From the IMG/VR virus record IMGVR_UViG_3300010396_000051, positions 1 to 56,086 of that record: DNA of 56,086 bases. One strand, given 5' to 3'. Below the pieces are notes generated by a model. That model saw only the letters and a list, made by a program, of their open reading frames with translations. It had not been told where the DNA came from and did no database searches. The position numbers and the translations under genes were made by a program. This DNA comes from a virus. Lineage: Duplodnaviria > Caudoviricetes. Of the stretch, positions 18,860-27,847 are shown piece after piece; positions within the stretch are counted from its first letter, which is position 1; each line of letters starts with the position of its first letter.

Positions 18860-20077
18860 CTATCCGCGAATTCCGTAACCCTGGAAGTGACGCCGCGGTG
18901 TTGGCGTGTAGAAATTGAGCGCGTGCCGCAAGAACTGCGTGTAAAGCGTCGGGTTCTGCGGATAGCGAATCGGGTCCATCATGTGATAGTTGAATGTCCC
19001 CGTGTTGGCCGGACGATACTTCCACGAATCGACGTCCAGACCGAAGATTGGTTCTCCGACAACGATGGTGTTCAATCCACCCGTCAGTGATGCAGTCGCG
19101 TTCGATGTGAACCCGAGGTTCGGGAGCAGCGAGGTCGCCTGGTTCACAAGCATGGCCTGCGTCAGCGTGAACTGGCCGGTCTGAATCGCGCCCGGTGCCG
19201 GAGCAGTGCCATCCGGCGACTGGAAGAGGTTTGCGATCGAAGGCTTCGGGCTGGACGACGGAACGATGTCATCCTCGAAGATCGTCGCATCCTCAAACTT
19301 GATGCCGGACCAGTTGATGTTCTGGTCATCGCGTGTCTCGTACCGCTGTTGGCGCTGGAATGCCGAAGCAATCGCGGAGTACCCGATCCACGAGGTCACC
19401 ATCAGGTCAACGCGGCCGATGGTGCTCATGTAGAGTTTGAGTAATTCCTGATAGTTCGGAGGAGCCGGGTTGCCGCTGGCGTCACCCAACCACACCGGAG
19501 TCGAGTTCATCGAAGCGGCGATGGCGCCGTTGCGTGTCTGCGAGGAGTACGTCGGGAAGACGTTGCCATCCCATGAGGGAGTTACGCCGTCATTCACCGC
19601 TTCCGAGATGCCGTTGATTGAGGCGAGACGGTCGTCCGAAACGCCTGTGCCTGCCGCCTGCCCGTGCCGGAACATATCGCCTTCCAACTGGAAGTCAATG
19701 CCTTCCTGCATCTGGTTGAGGTAGGCTTCGAGGATCGAGACGCGAGCTTCGGGGCCAGTGTTCTGCACCTCCAGCGAAAACTCTTCCACGAGGATGTGCT
19801 TCTCGTAGAGCTTTGGCTGGAAGAGGCCGGCAGTAATCATCTGCACGCGGTTGACCGAGACATCCTGGCCGGGGAAGATTGCCCCGCCCTGTGCGCCTTG
19901 GTACAACTGCGGGATCTGCATCGCCGCACCGCCGCCGAACGGGTCATACGCACCCGAGGCACGCATACGCCGCTGAAACGGGGTCGCGATGTAAGAATTT
20001 TGGAAGATTAAGCCGTCAATAATCTCATTAACGGTGACTGCCGGTACCTCAGGAAAAAGTGGTCCGAATGCGGGAAT
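18860..20077 (-). CDS. Major capsid protein (HK97 fold); true start unresolved, frame open 37+ codons upstream of ATG 19966 without a canonical start
   Basis: Position between scaffold and decoration genes; PAFGPLFPEVPAVTVNEIIDGLIFQNSYIATPFQRRMRASG...FGGG..QIP; SINGISEAV; IFEDDIVP. Confidence 0.8.
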   Translation of the reverse strand: MPAFGPLFPEVPAVTVNEIIDGLIFQNSYIATPFQRRMRASGAYDPFGGGAAMQIPQLYQGAQGGAIFPGQDVSVNRVQMITAGLFQPKLYEKHILVEEFSLEVQNTGPEARVSILEAYLNQMQEGIDFQLEGDMFRHGQAAGTGVSDDRLASINGISEAVNDGVTPSWDGNVFPTYSSQTRNGAIAASMNSTPVWLGDASGNPAPPNYQELLKLYMSTIGRVDLMVTSWIGYSAIASAFQRQQRYETRDDQNINWSGIKFEDATIFEDDIVPSSSPKPSIANLFQSPDGTAPAPGAIQTGQFTLTQAMLVNQATSLLPNLGFTSNATASLTGGLNTIVVGEPIFGLDVDSWKYRPANTGTFNYHMMDPIRYPQNPTLYTQFLRHALNFYTPTPRRHFQGYGIRG

Positions 20078-20693
20078 AGCACACCCCCAAAACTACTGAA
20101 CTGTCAACGTCTGTTCGGTAGCCTTTCTTGGCCGATAGCCAAATTTTTTACGCTGAAACTCGCGATCCTTTTGCCGGTTATGTTCGAGATGGAGCTTGCG
20201 ATTGTGCTCCTTGCTCTCCAGATACTTTTCGTGAGCGTCCATCGTGGCCCGCTTCGCAATCCGTTCTGGCGTGAGCTTCGGAGAAACGCGAGCTATCCTG
20301 TTCGACAACTTCAGCGAAACCTTGTCGATTTGCCCCTTACGGCGACTTGAAAGGTAGGGGTATATCGATTTCAAAAACACTCTCGCTCGGTCACCGCTTA
20401 TCTGCCATCTGTAGACAGGGTTGTTCCACGAGTCGTAGCCTTCAAAGGCTTCACTCGGACCAGAGGTGTTGACGCGAAAAGTAATGCTACCGCCCCATAG
20501 ATCACGAGCTTTGAATAGCAACTCGGGGTCTTTTTGGACCACATGGACAGATACGACGTTGTATCCCTTGCGCCCGCAGACGCTTCCCTCTCCGTCGTAG
20601 AAGCCAGCAAAGAACGCGGCGTCCAGTTCGCTCGGAGTGAGCGTCGGTTCAAGACTCTGACCGGGTTTTAGGGGCTCGTATGCCATGTTTCCC
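20072..20693 (-). mobile_element. 622-nt endonuclease-containing insert with complementary termini
   Basis: 20693-20665 pairs with 20093-20072 (22 bp including 3 G-U) on the sense strand. Confidence 0.6.
20093..20686 (-). CDS. LAGLIDADG homing endonuclease (single motif, 197 aa)
   Basis: FFAGFYDGEGSV; YRWQISG; FLKSIYPYL. Confidence 0.9.
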   Translation of the reverse strand: MAYEPLKPGQSLEPTLTPSELDAAFFAGFYDGEGSVCGRKGYNVVSVHVVQKDPELLFKARDLWGGSITFRVNTSGPSEAFEGYDSWNNPVYRWQISGDRARVFLKSIYPYLSSRRKGQIDKVSLKLSNRIARVSPKLTPERIAKRATMDAHEKYLESKEHNRKLHLEHNRQKDREFQRKKFGYRPRKATEQTLTVQ

Positions 20694-21527
20694 TTATGCT
20701 GCTGTTGCTGCACGAACCTTCGCCACAGCGTTCTCACGCCATGAGCGATTTGCCTCCTGCTTGGACTTCGGAGCCTTCCAAGGTTCCTTGCCCGCGTCAG
20801 TGGCTTTGTACGTCGAAAATCTGCTCGGAACACCGGAGCGCACGTTGGGGTTCGCGCCCTGCGATTCGTTCCACTTCTTCTTCTCTGCGGCCACGGCAGC
20901 GTCGATGACCTTCTGCTGTTCCGCCTTCTGGAGTTCTTCGCGCTTGGCCGGGACGTTGTGCTTCCGCTCCCACGCCTGCTGTAAAGTAAATGATTTGTTG
21001 CCGAGAGTGTGTTCGCGGGTCACGTCGTCAACGAGTGCCTGCGTTTCGCCCAGGGGCGAACCGAACAACCGGAAGTGCTCCGCGTTGAGGTCGTTGAGCG
21101 CAATGATAGTGCGGGACTGTCTGTTTTCAAATCGGCCAAAATCGTCGCGGGAGATGGAATTGGGGTCCGGAGAGCCGGGAGCGCGGGGCGGTTCGTTGCT
21201 CGCAGCCGGGGGAGTCACTGCCTCAGGAACGATTCCATACTCACGCGCTTTTTCGAGTTCCGCTTTCAGTCGGGCATTCTCGCCAACAGCGTCGATGGCT
21301 TCCTTTGTAACCCTGCGGAGTTCAGGAACGACCTGATTCCTGTGGTTGTTCTCGTTGATGAGGAGATTTTCCTCTGCGGCCTTCCGCGCCGCTTCTGCGG
21401 CAGAGACGGATGCCTGAATCTTCTGGAGCATCGTGACAAACTTCGCACTGCCCATCACAGATTCAAATGCTTTGAGTTCGTCGTCCGTGTAACCTGACTG
21501 TTGCTTGAGCCATTCGAGTTCTGTCAT
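20694..21527 (-). CDS. Putative capsid scaffolding protein
   Basis: Charged coiled-coil protein upstream of the capsid gene; GGAG RBS. Confidence 0.65.
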   Translation of the reverse strand: MTELEWLKQQSGYTDDELKAFESVMGSAKFVTMLQKIQASVSAAEAARKAAEENLLINENNHRNQVVPELRRVTKEAIDAVGENARLKAELEKAREYGIVPEAVTPPAASNEPPRAPGSPDPNSISRDDFGRFENRQSRTIIALNDLNAEHFRLFGSPLGETQALVDDVTREHTLGNKSFTLQQAWERKHNVPAKREELQKAEQQKVIDAAVAAEKKKWNESQGANPNVRSGVPSRFSTYKATDAGKEPWKAPKSKQEANRSWRENAVAKVRAATAA

Positions 21528-21545
21528 CTCGTCTCCATGTCAGGA

Positions 21546-21797
21546 TTACCGGGGTGGCGCTGCGGGTTGCTGTGGTGCCGATCCCGCCGCCGCTGACGCC
21601 TGTACCATGCGCAAGCCCTTGAGCATCATCTGAATGCCCTGCTGGCCTTGCGGGAACTGCTGTGCAAGACCCTCAATCAACTGACCGAGCATGGTGAGCT
21701 TAATCGCTGGGCTTCCCCCACCGGACGCAGGAGCACCCCCAGGAGCGTTGCCGCCGTCCGGAGGTGCCTGTGTGACCGATGGAGGAAACGATCCCAT
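21546..21797 (-). CDS. Small Pro/Gly/Gln-rich protein
   Basis: MGSFPPSVTQ..., TAATG coupling to upstream gene. Confidence 0.65.
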   Translation of the reverse strand: MGSFPPSVTQAPPDGGNAPGGAPASGGGSPAIKLTMLGQLIEGLAQQFPQGQQGIQMMLKGLRMVQASAAAGSAPQQPAAPPR

Positions 21798-21907
21798 TAG
21801 CGCTTTTTCCCACCGCGCTTGCGACCGCGACCCTTTTTGCCGCCGTGCTTGTGCCCGAGATGGGCGCCCTTCACACTCAGCTTTTTGTGACCCTTCTTGT
21901 GACGCAT
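21797..21907 (-). CDS. 36-aa highly basic peptide
   Basis: MRHKKGHKKLSVKGAHLGHKHGGKKGRGRKRGGKKR; AGGAG RBS; TAATG overlap downstream. Confidence 0.7.
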   Translation of the reverse strand: MRHKKGHKKLSVKGAHLGHKHGGKKGRGRKRGGKKR

Positions 21908-21983
21908 GTGCGTATTCTCCTGTTTGGGATTTAGGAGCCGCTGACCGCATTCATACAGAAGGGAGCAGTAATCCGTTGCCCCA

Positions 21984-22012
21984 AACATAAGGCCACGAAA
22001 TTACTGCGTCAA
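21984..22012 (-). promoter_or_regulatory. Sigma70-like promoter for head genes
   Basis: TTGACG-17 nt-TATGTT. Confidence 0.6.
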
Positions 22013-22067
22013 TTGGAAATAGGGAAGTTGGCGCGTTTATTTCAATTGTTTAGGGTGAATGATAATC

Positions 22068-22086
22068 AATTGCCAACTTGACAGCT
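22068..22086. promoter_or_regulatory. Palindrome family A, copy 2
   Basis: AATTGCCAACTTGACAGCT. Confidence 0.75.
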
Positions 22087-22336
22087 AGAGGTAGCGTTTT
22101 TCAGGCAACTTCTCCTCGACTTCGATCTCCGATTGTTTGATGCGTTCTGTCTCTACAAATTCGAGATGTGAGATCGATCCGCCAGGCCCAAACTGTGCTC
22201 GCATGGTGCCCACGCGCTTGTCGCTGTGAAGGTCGTCAAAGAGTTCCAAGAGAAGTTCGCGGCCACCATCGTTGCATTTGTGCTCCGACGTCACATTGGT
22301 CGTGTGCTGAGCGATTGTTACCGTCTTTGTGATCAT
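22085..22336 (-). CDS. Hypothetical protein
   Basis: 83 aa, GGAG RBS. Confidence 0.65.
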   Translation of the reverse strand: MITKTVTIAQHTTNVTSEHKCNDGGRELLLELFDDLHSDKRVGTMRAQFGPGGSISHLEFVETERIKQSEIEVEEKLPEKRYL

Positions 22337-22347
22337 TTCTTTCTCCA

Positions 22348-22361
22348 GTCCGAATTTGGAC
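22348..22361. promoter_or_regulatory. Palindrome family B, copy 2
   Basis: GTCCGAATTTGGAC between a stop codon and the next RBS. Confidence 0.8.
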
Positions 22362-22528
22362 TACTTCTGGCAACTGCAATGCGGGCGTGGCTCCGGGTGA
22401 AAGTGCAACATCCATAGCTTCGATCCATAAGCGAACCACATAAAGACGTGGCCGTATCGCGGACCCATGTTCTCACCCTGAGTCGATTCCTGTTCGCCGA
22501 GTCTTTTGAATTCCCTGAGTGTCCACAT
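22361..22528 (-). CDS. Hypothetical 55-aa protein (below ORF-track cutoff)
   Basis: MWTLREFKRLGEQ...CSCQK fills the gap after the portal gene. Confidence 0.45.
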   Translation of the reverse strand: MWTLREFKRLGEQESTQGENMGPRYGHVFMWFAYGSKLWMLHFHPEPRPHCSCQK

Positions 22529-22531
22529 ACT

Positions 22532-24655
22532 CTACCCCGATGTGCTGGCTACTGCCCTGCCGCCTGAAGCCAAGCCCTTCTGTTTTGCGCGAGGTGCCTG
22601 CTTGTTTGAAGCCGGACGGCCGCCATGCCCCGGCGCTGGCCCCGGCTTGCCGCCTTCCTCATCTTCTCCACCGAACCCAAGAGCTTTTGCCAGTTTCGCA
22701 ATCTCTGCCTTTTCGGTCAGTTGCTCTTTGGCCCAATTGAAAACCTTCTCTTTCACCGTCGAGCCTTCGATGGAGCCCCAATTCGGAATCTCAAAGGCGT
22801 TCGCCATCGTCTCGGGATCGACAATCACTCCCTTGCCCTGCGCTGCCAAGAGGTTCAGCTTGAACTTGTTCTGAGCGATGTAGTGCAGAGAGTGCGGAGT
22901 GATGTAGTAGCGGATATTCTTGGCGAAGTTCTCGGCGCGTTGCCCCTCATCGGCATTCGAGGGAACCGGCTTTCCTTCAGCGTCGATGGTCTGTTCGCCG
23001 GGGAGGTGCGAGGGAATCACCATGTCCGGCGCGTAGTCGAAGACTTCCGGCGCGATCGACTCCGGACCAACGTACTGCATGACCCTTGCCGTGGTGAGGT
23101 ATTGGAGGATGAGGTACTTCATCATCTCGCCCATGTCGCGCAATCCCTGCTCCATTGAGCGCGAAGTTCCCATGACCACCGGACCCTCTGCGTCGAGAGC
23201 CTTCTCGGGATCTTGAATGTTTGCCCTAAGCTTTTCGAGGGACTTGATCTGATCGAGCCCCATCTGGCGCATGATGGAGTTCTGCAAAAGTTCGATTACC
23301 TTGAATACCCACTCAGGGATGTTGTAGCACCACTCCGGCATTAGTGGACGCATCACTGGTTCTTTGTTGTCCCCGTCTACAGCGTAGGTCTGATCTGGAG
23401 AGAATGGATCAATCCCCTCTGCCTGTCGTGAGGTTAGCTTTGCGTTCTTGTCTCCGGTAGTGATATCGGCGTTATAGGATTTCCCAGGCTTCGCACGGGC
23501 CATCGCAACGCGGTAGATCGACCTTGCCAGGTCATCAATCGCATCCTGAAGCGGCCATGTCCCGTCGAAGAGGGAGTTCGCATCGCCCCATGCCCACTTG
23601 TCGAAGTAGAACGGAACCAGAGGCACCATGCCGTGCCGGTCGAAGGCGGGACCGTCGTACATCAGAGCAGAGTCACAGGAGATCATCAGCCTCCGGCGCG
23701 GGTAGACGCGGCAATCGTCCTCAGTCGCAGGACGTTCAACATTTCGACCTCCCTCAAAGCGGGTAATCGTCTGACCCACGTAGGGGACTTTGTAGTGCCA
23801 CGAGGTTCCCGGCTGGCCCATCTCCAGTTCTTTTCCGACCGGGTTCCCGTCTTCTCCGATGACCGGCTTCCCTTCCGCATCCATCTCTCCGAAGTTGATT
23901 CTCAGATCAAGGACGTAGGTGTAGTAGATGTCGCAGTATTGCTCCAACTGCCCACCGAGGCCGTGCATCTGCTGACGCGCCTTCTCCCACCGACCGCGAT
24001 TGACTTCCCCGCCCTTCGTCTTCCCGTACCGCTTTGCAGCGAATGGCTTGATGTACTGCTGATAGAGCGGGAACCGTGCATGAGCCTCTGCCACGCCAAA
24101 GGGGATCGCCAGCGTCACGATGTAGGCGCGTTGATAGTTCCGGTCACGTGGAAGCTGCACAGGGAGAACGTCGGGCTGTCCGAGAGCCATGAAGCGAAAC
24201 TCGCCCTCCCCCATGCCGAAGCAGCCACGCGAGTAGAAGGGATGGAGGAATCCACAGGAGGTAGCCGCGGCGAACTGCAAAGCCTCTTTCAGTTCTCGGT
24301 CAACGAAGTATTCGAGGTAGATCGCCTTCGCTGTCTTCGAGAGCATGTCCGCGTGTTTCTGGAATGCCTTGTTGTCCGTCGAGTATCCCCAGAAGGGACG
24401 GATGTCAGCCAGCGTCTCGACTGTCTCCGTCACAGCGCGTTTCAGGTCGCCGGTCGTGAAGGTTGACCATCCCCCGGAGCGTTCGCTGCCAGTCTTGCCG
24501 GCGAGAATGTCCATTGCCTTCTGAATGGAAGTCTGATCCAGATGGTCTTCGTTCCACTTGATTCCTTGCTCGATGGCCTGTTGAACGGATGCCAGCTTCT
24601 TGTCGTCCGGCTCCTCAAAGTTCGGAATTTGCCAATTTAGTTCATTGCTTGGCAA
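22532..24655 (-). CDS. Portal protein
   Basis: 707 aa downstream of TerL; PLVPFYF..W..SL...LQDAIDDL pattern; GAGGTG RBS with TTG start. Confidence 0.8.
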   Translation of the reverse strand: MPSNELNWQIPNFEEPDDKKLASVQQAIEQGIKWNEDHLDQTSIQKAMDILAGKTGSERSGGWSTFTTGDLKRAVTETVETLADIRPFWGYSTDNKAFQKHADMLSKTAKAIYLEYFVDRELKEALQFAAATSCGFLHPFYSRGCFGMGEGEFRFMALGQPDVLPVQLPRDRNYQRAYIVTLAIPFGVAEAHARFPLYQQYIKPFAAKRYGKTKGGEVNRGRWEKARQQMHGLGGQLEQYCDIYYTYVLDLRINFGEMDAEGKPVIGEDGNPVGKELEMGQPGTSWHYKVPYVGQTITRFEGGRNVERPATEDDCRVYPRRRLMISCDSALMYDGPAFDRHGMVPLVPFYFDKWAWGDANSLFDGTWPLQDAIDDLARSIYRVAMARAKPGKSYNADITTGDKNAKLTSRQAEGIDPFSPDQTYAVDGDNKEPVMRPLMPEWCYNIPEWVFKVIELLQNSIMRQMGLDQIKSLEKLRANIQDPEKALDAEGPVVMGTSRSMEQGLRDMGEMMKYLILQYLTTARVMQYVGPESIAPEVFDYAPDMVIPSHLPGEQTIDAEGKPVPSNADEGQRAENFAKNIRYYITPHSLHYIAQNKFKLNLLAAQGKGVIVDPETMANAFEIPNWGSIEGSTVKEKVFNWAKEQLTEKAEIAKLAKALGFGGEDEEGGKPGPAPGHGGRPASNKQAPRAKQKGLASGGRAVASTSG

Positions 24656-25254
24656 GGTGTCACCTCGTTCAAGATTGAGAACTGGCCAAACACTTGGTAA
24701 GCGTAGAAGTTATACGCGAGAGCAGCTAACTCTGCGGTTCGATATGTGCCGAGGCCGTGATTTTTCCCATCGTGCTGACATTGTGCCGAATATGGCTTTG
24801 AGCGGCAATTCTTCAGCCTGATTACTCCACGGTATCCATGCCGATTAGCATAGACACGATTAGAGGCGTTTTGGCTTGCTGTTGCGATGCGAATATTTGA
24901 TCGCCTGCAATCTAGACCGTTCCCGTTCGCGTGATCCACATGCAATCCTGCCGGAAAGCCAAGCAAGAGTCGATGAAGAGATATGACACTCTTCTGACCC
25001 GCGCAAACCAACTCGTCCTCTAACCTTTTCGCTTCGGCGTACATCTTCCCTTTGCAGCCCTTGTGAGCCCTGAGCCTCCACATGAACCTTTTCGCTAAAG
25101 GCTCATCGGCTTTGTCTATCAATGCTTCTTTTCCGTTCCTAAGTGGAATGTGAACCACGCCATCGTTGTCAGTAATCCATCCGTCGTTCATGAAACTACG
25201 ACGCCAATTGAAATACTGCTTACGACCAACAACGGTTCCTAGCTGAATGGCCAT
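24637..25254 (-). CDS. HNH homing endonuclease with AP2 domain
   Basis: LHRLLL..VDHANGNGLDCRRSNIR; LGTYRTAELAALAYN. Confidence 0.9.
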   Translation of the reverse strand: MAIQLGTVVGRKQYFNWRRSFMNDGWITDNDGVVHIPLRNGKEALIDKADEPLAKRFMWRLRAHKGCKGKMYAEAKRLEDELVCAGQKSVISLHRLLLGFPAGLHVDHANGNGLDCRRSNIRIATASQNASNRVYANRHGYRGVIRLKNCRSKPYSAQCQHDGKNHGLGTYRTAELAALAYNFYAYQVFGQFSILNEVTPCQAMN

Positions 25255-25700
25255 TACATGATCCTCGTTCTCGTCGGCTCAAGCGGAGCCTCTGATTCCT
25301 GCATCGCGCTCACACCGTACACCGTGTTCTGCTGCATCTTCGAGTCCCGCTCGTCCATCAACTTCAGCGAGGCGCGGATGATGTTCTTCTCTGCGTCCGA
25401 TACCCCGGCAGACTGGAGGCGCGTGCGCAGCGCCGAGCGGAGGCGGTCATAGTGCTCCCGGCCACGAGTCAGGATGCCTTCGATGACTTGCTCGTTCTTG
25501 GCGCGTTCCTGTTCGTGCATCCGGTTGAATAGCCGGTCCATCTCCTTAGGATTCTTGGTGCAGTGGCGAACATAGCCGTGAGGTACGGGAGACAAGGGAG
25601 ACGTGAAGAAGATGCGCTTGGTCTGGTAGTGCTCCGCGTACCAAAGCACTTCCTTGCCGTTCTCGAAGGAGTAGTCCCGCTCTTTCAGTTGAACTTTCAT
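25254..25700 (-). CDS. Hypothetical protein
   Basis: 148 aa coupled to TerL stop. Confidence 0.7.
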   Translation of the reverse strand: MKVQLKERDYSFENGKEVLWYAEHYQTKRIFFTSPLSPVPHGYVRHCTKNPKEMDRLFNRMHEQERAKNEQVIEGILTRGREHYDRLRSALRTRLQSAGVSDAEKNIIRASLKLMDERDSKMQQNTVYGVSAMQESEAPLEPTRTRIM

Positions 25701-27847
25701 ATCAGGTTCAATTCCTGTGACAATTCATCGTAACTCACGTTGTATCCAACAGGGAACGCATAATTTGTCTCCGCTTTTACGTCCTCTTCCTCAAATGGCT
25801 TCTCCAGCCTGCGGGTCATCGACTCGGTATCGTTCAGGATTGTGAACGCAATCCCCGAAGCGAAGATGCGGTCATCCTTCTTTCCCTGCTCGTGCTCAAA
25901 CTTCGTCTTTCCGCCTTCGGTCTGGTCAGCCTGAAATGAGGGAATCTCCTGCTTTATGAGGAATGGATCGTTCAACTTCAGCCAGTGATTCTCGACCGCG
26001 TTTTTGTAGAGCGAGAGCATGAAGTTGCGGGACCAGTCGTAGGTGTACCAGCCAAGTTTCTTCGACCGCTTTTTGTCCTTGTTCGGGTTCAGGCCGTCCA
26101 GACGGGAGAACTTGTAAAACCGCTTGTACCCCATCCCGATCATCTGGGTCTGCATCACGTCACCCATGCCGTAAACCTGCTCAATCGCTACCAGGGGCTC
26201 GCCATAAGGCAAGCCGTCCACCTTGTAGAGCGCAGCCAGCGCGAGGCCGTAGGTGTGCATCATGGCAGGGTTAATGGTGTTCGAGGCGAACATCGCGCAC
26301 ACTTCATCGGGCTCGTTACGAATCAGGCAATGCCGGACGACGCAAAGAATGGAGTTGTCCTGCTTGGTTCCTCCGGAGTTGTCTACGCCAATCCCGTAGT
26401 CATACCCCTCTTCCGGCCACTGGTAAATCAGGAGTTTGTTGTTGCCGTTGAAGAGTTCGACTCCCCTCTCCTGCGGCTGCTTCAAGGGGACAAACTCCCA
26501 TTCGAAAGTCTTGTTCGATCGTCCCCTCAAGTCATGAACGTGTCCGTCATAGGTGATCTTGAACCGCTCCCGGTCATAGTTGATGTCGTAGGGGTCGGGA
26601 TGGAGTTTTTCGGGGATCTGCTCACCGACAATCGCCCATGCCGAGTACGTCTCCCGCGAGTTGTCCTGCTTTTCATTCTCTGAGAGCGAGAAGTAAAGTT
26701 CCTTTTCCGGCCGGAGACCATCGATGTCGTCGCAAGGCATCTCCTGTAGCCAACCATTCTCGTTGTCCTTGCGTCGGTACTCCAGCAACTTTTGTTCCCA
26801 GAAGTAGGACTGCCAGTTCGGCATCCTCCACGCATCGCCCATAAAGCGCCGTAGAAGCGGCGTCTGGTGTACGTAGGACGCTCCCTTGTCCATCATGCGC
26901 TGCGTCTCAGGGAGTGGCATCCAGCCACCGGGAACGGGATGTTCCTTACGCCATGTGATTGTAGGGAAGAGATCGTCAGCTAGGAACCACGGGAAAAAGA
27001 TTGGCTGAAGTCGGGCGCCGCCAGATGCCCAGAAGTCCCGCGATGAGTACCACGTCTTCGCCCACCAGTTTGTGTTCCCGTTCCCTGTGGATTCAAGGAT
27101 CATGAAGGTATTCGGCGTGGGATGGACTGACTGGAAAAGTGAGTTTTCGATGATCTCGTCAGCCTTGGGAAAGACTGAAACTTCGGAGATGTGGATGACA
27201 GAGGGGGTGTCGCCGCGGGCGATGCCGGAAGCCTTTTTTCCTGAGTAGAGCGTCAGGCGAGTGTTGTTGCCAGCGAAGGCCATCAGTGATCCGGCGCGGT
27301 CTGACGTGGGGTTAGCTCGCATCCATGACGGCATTTCGTTGTACGCGAGCTGCATCATTCCGCCCATTCGCTCACAGGCGTCTGAGTCATAGGAGGCGAT
27401 TGCCGCCTTGACTCCAATTCCAAAATTAACGAGGTAGGTGATAGCGAGTTCAACAGCGGTGGAAAGACCCTGCTGGCGAGCTTTCATAACCTGCTGCTCA
27501 ATGGCTAGACTCGCTTCATTCCGTTCCGCCCAGAGTTCGAGGAGCATCTTCTGAGTGGCGCGAGGCTGGTAGCGAACAATCTTTCCGTTTGCATTGATCC
27601 ATGCGTAGTTCTCAGACCAGTAGCGGTAGTCGGCCGCACAGATGCGATATTCATTGTCGATAAACTTCATCTCATCGAAGCCGAGCAAATCTTCTAGGTC
27701 TTTGCCGTGACCATCAGCCTTCTTGCCGAGTTCGACAAAATGAGAATGGAAAGACTCTATTTGCGAGAGGGTATGGTACTCGGGAATCCATCCTGTCCGA
27801 GCGGAAACAGATTCGAGTTTCGCGTATGCCATCTGCTGGCTAAACAC
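25697..27847 (-). CDS. terL: Terminase large subunit
   Basis: VMKARQQGLST Walker A; IHISE Walker B; ILEST; GIGVDNSGG and DDRIFA RNase H-like nuclease motifs. Confidence 0.92.
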   Translation of the reverse strand: MFSQQMAYAKLESVSARTGWIPEYHTLSQIESFHSHFVELGKKADGHGKDLEDLLGFDEMKFIDNEYRICAADYRYWSENYAWINANGKIVRYQPRATQKMLLELWAERNEASLAIEQQVMKARQQGLSTAVELAITYLVNFGIGVKAAIASYDSDACERMGGMMQLAYNEMPSWMRANPTSDRAGSLMAFAGNNTRLTLYSGKKASGIARGDTPSVIHISEVSVFPKADEIIENSLFQSVHPTPNTFMILESTGNGNTNWWAKTWYSSRDFWASGGARLQPIFFPWFLADDLFPTITWRKEHPVPGGWMPLPETQRMMDKGASYVHQTPLLRRFMGDAWRMPNWQSYFWEQKLLEYRRKDNENGWLQEMPCDDIDGLRPEKELYFSLSENEKQDNSRETYSAWAIVGEQIPEKLHPDPYDINYDRERFKITYDGHVHDLRGRSNKTFEWEFVPLKQPQERGVELFNGNNKLLIYQWPEEGYDYGIGVDNSGGTKQDNSILCVVRHCLIRNEPDEVCAMFASNTINPAMMHTYGLALAALYKVDGLPYGEPLVAIEQVYGMGDVMQTQMIGMGYKRFYKFSRLDGLNPNKDKKRSKKLGWYTYDWSRNFMLSLYKNAVENHWLKLNDPFLIKQEIPSFQADQTEGGKTKFEHEQGKKDDRIFASGIAFTILNDTESMTRRLEKPFEEEDVKAETNYAFPVGYNVSYDELSQELNLI

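Noticed and set aside
20072-20693. Group I or II intron, or intein, in the capsid gene
   Set aside because: Insert is almost entirely ORF with no room for a recognisable ribozyme core; no junction satisfies both exon-U and terminal-G; no intein C...HN-C/S/T motifs; bulges are on one strand so not bulge-helix-bulge
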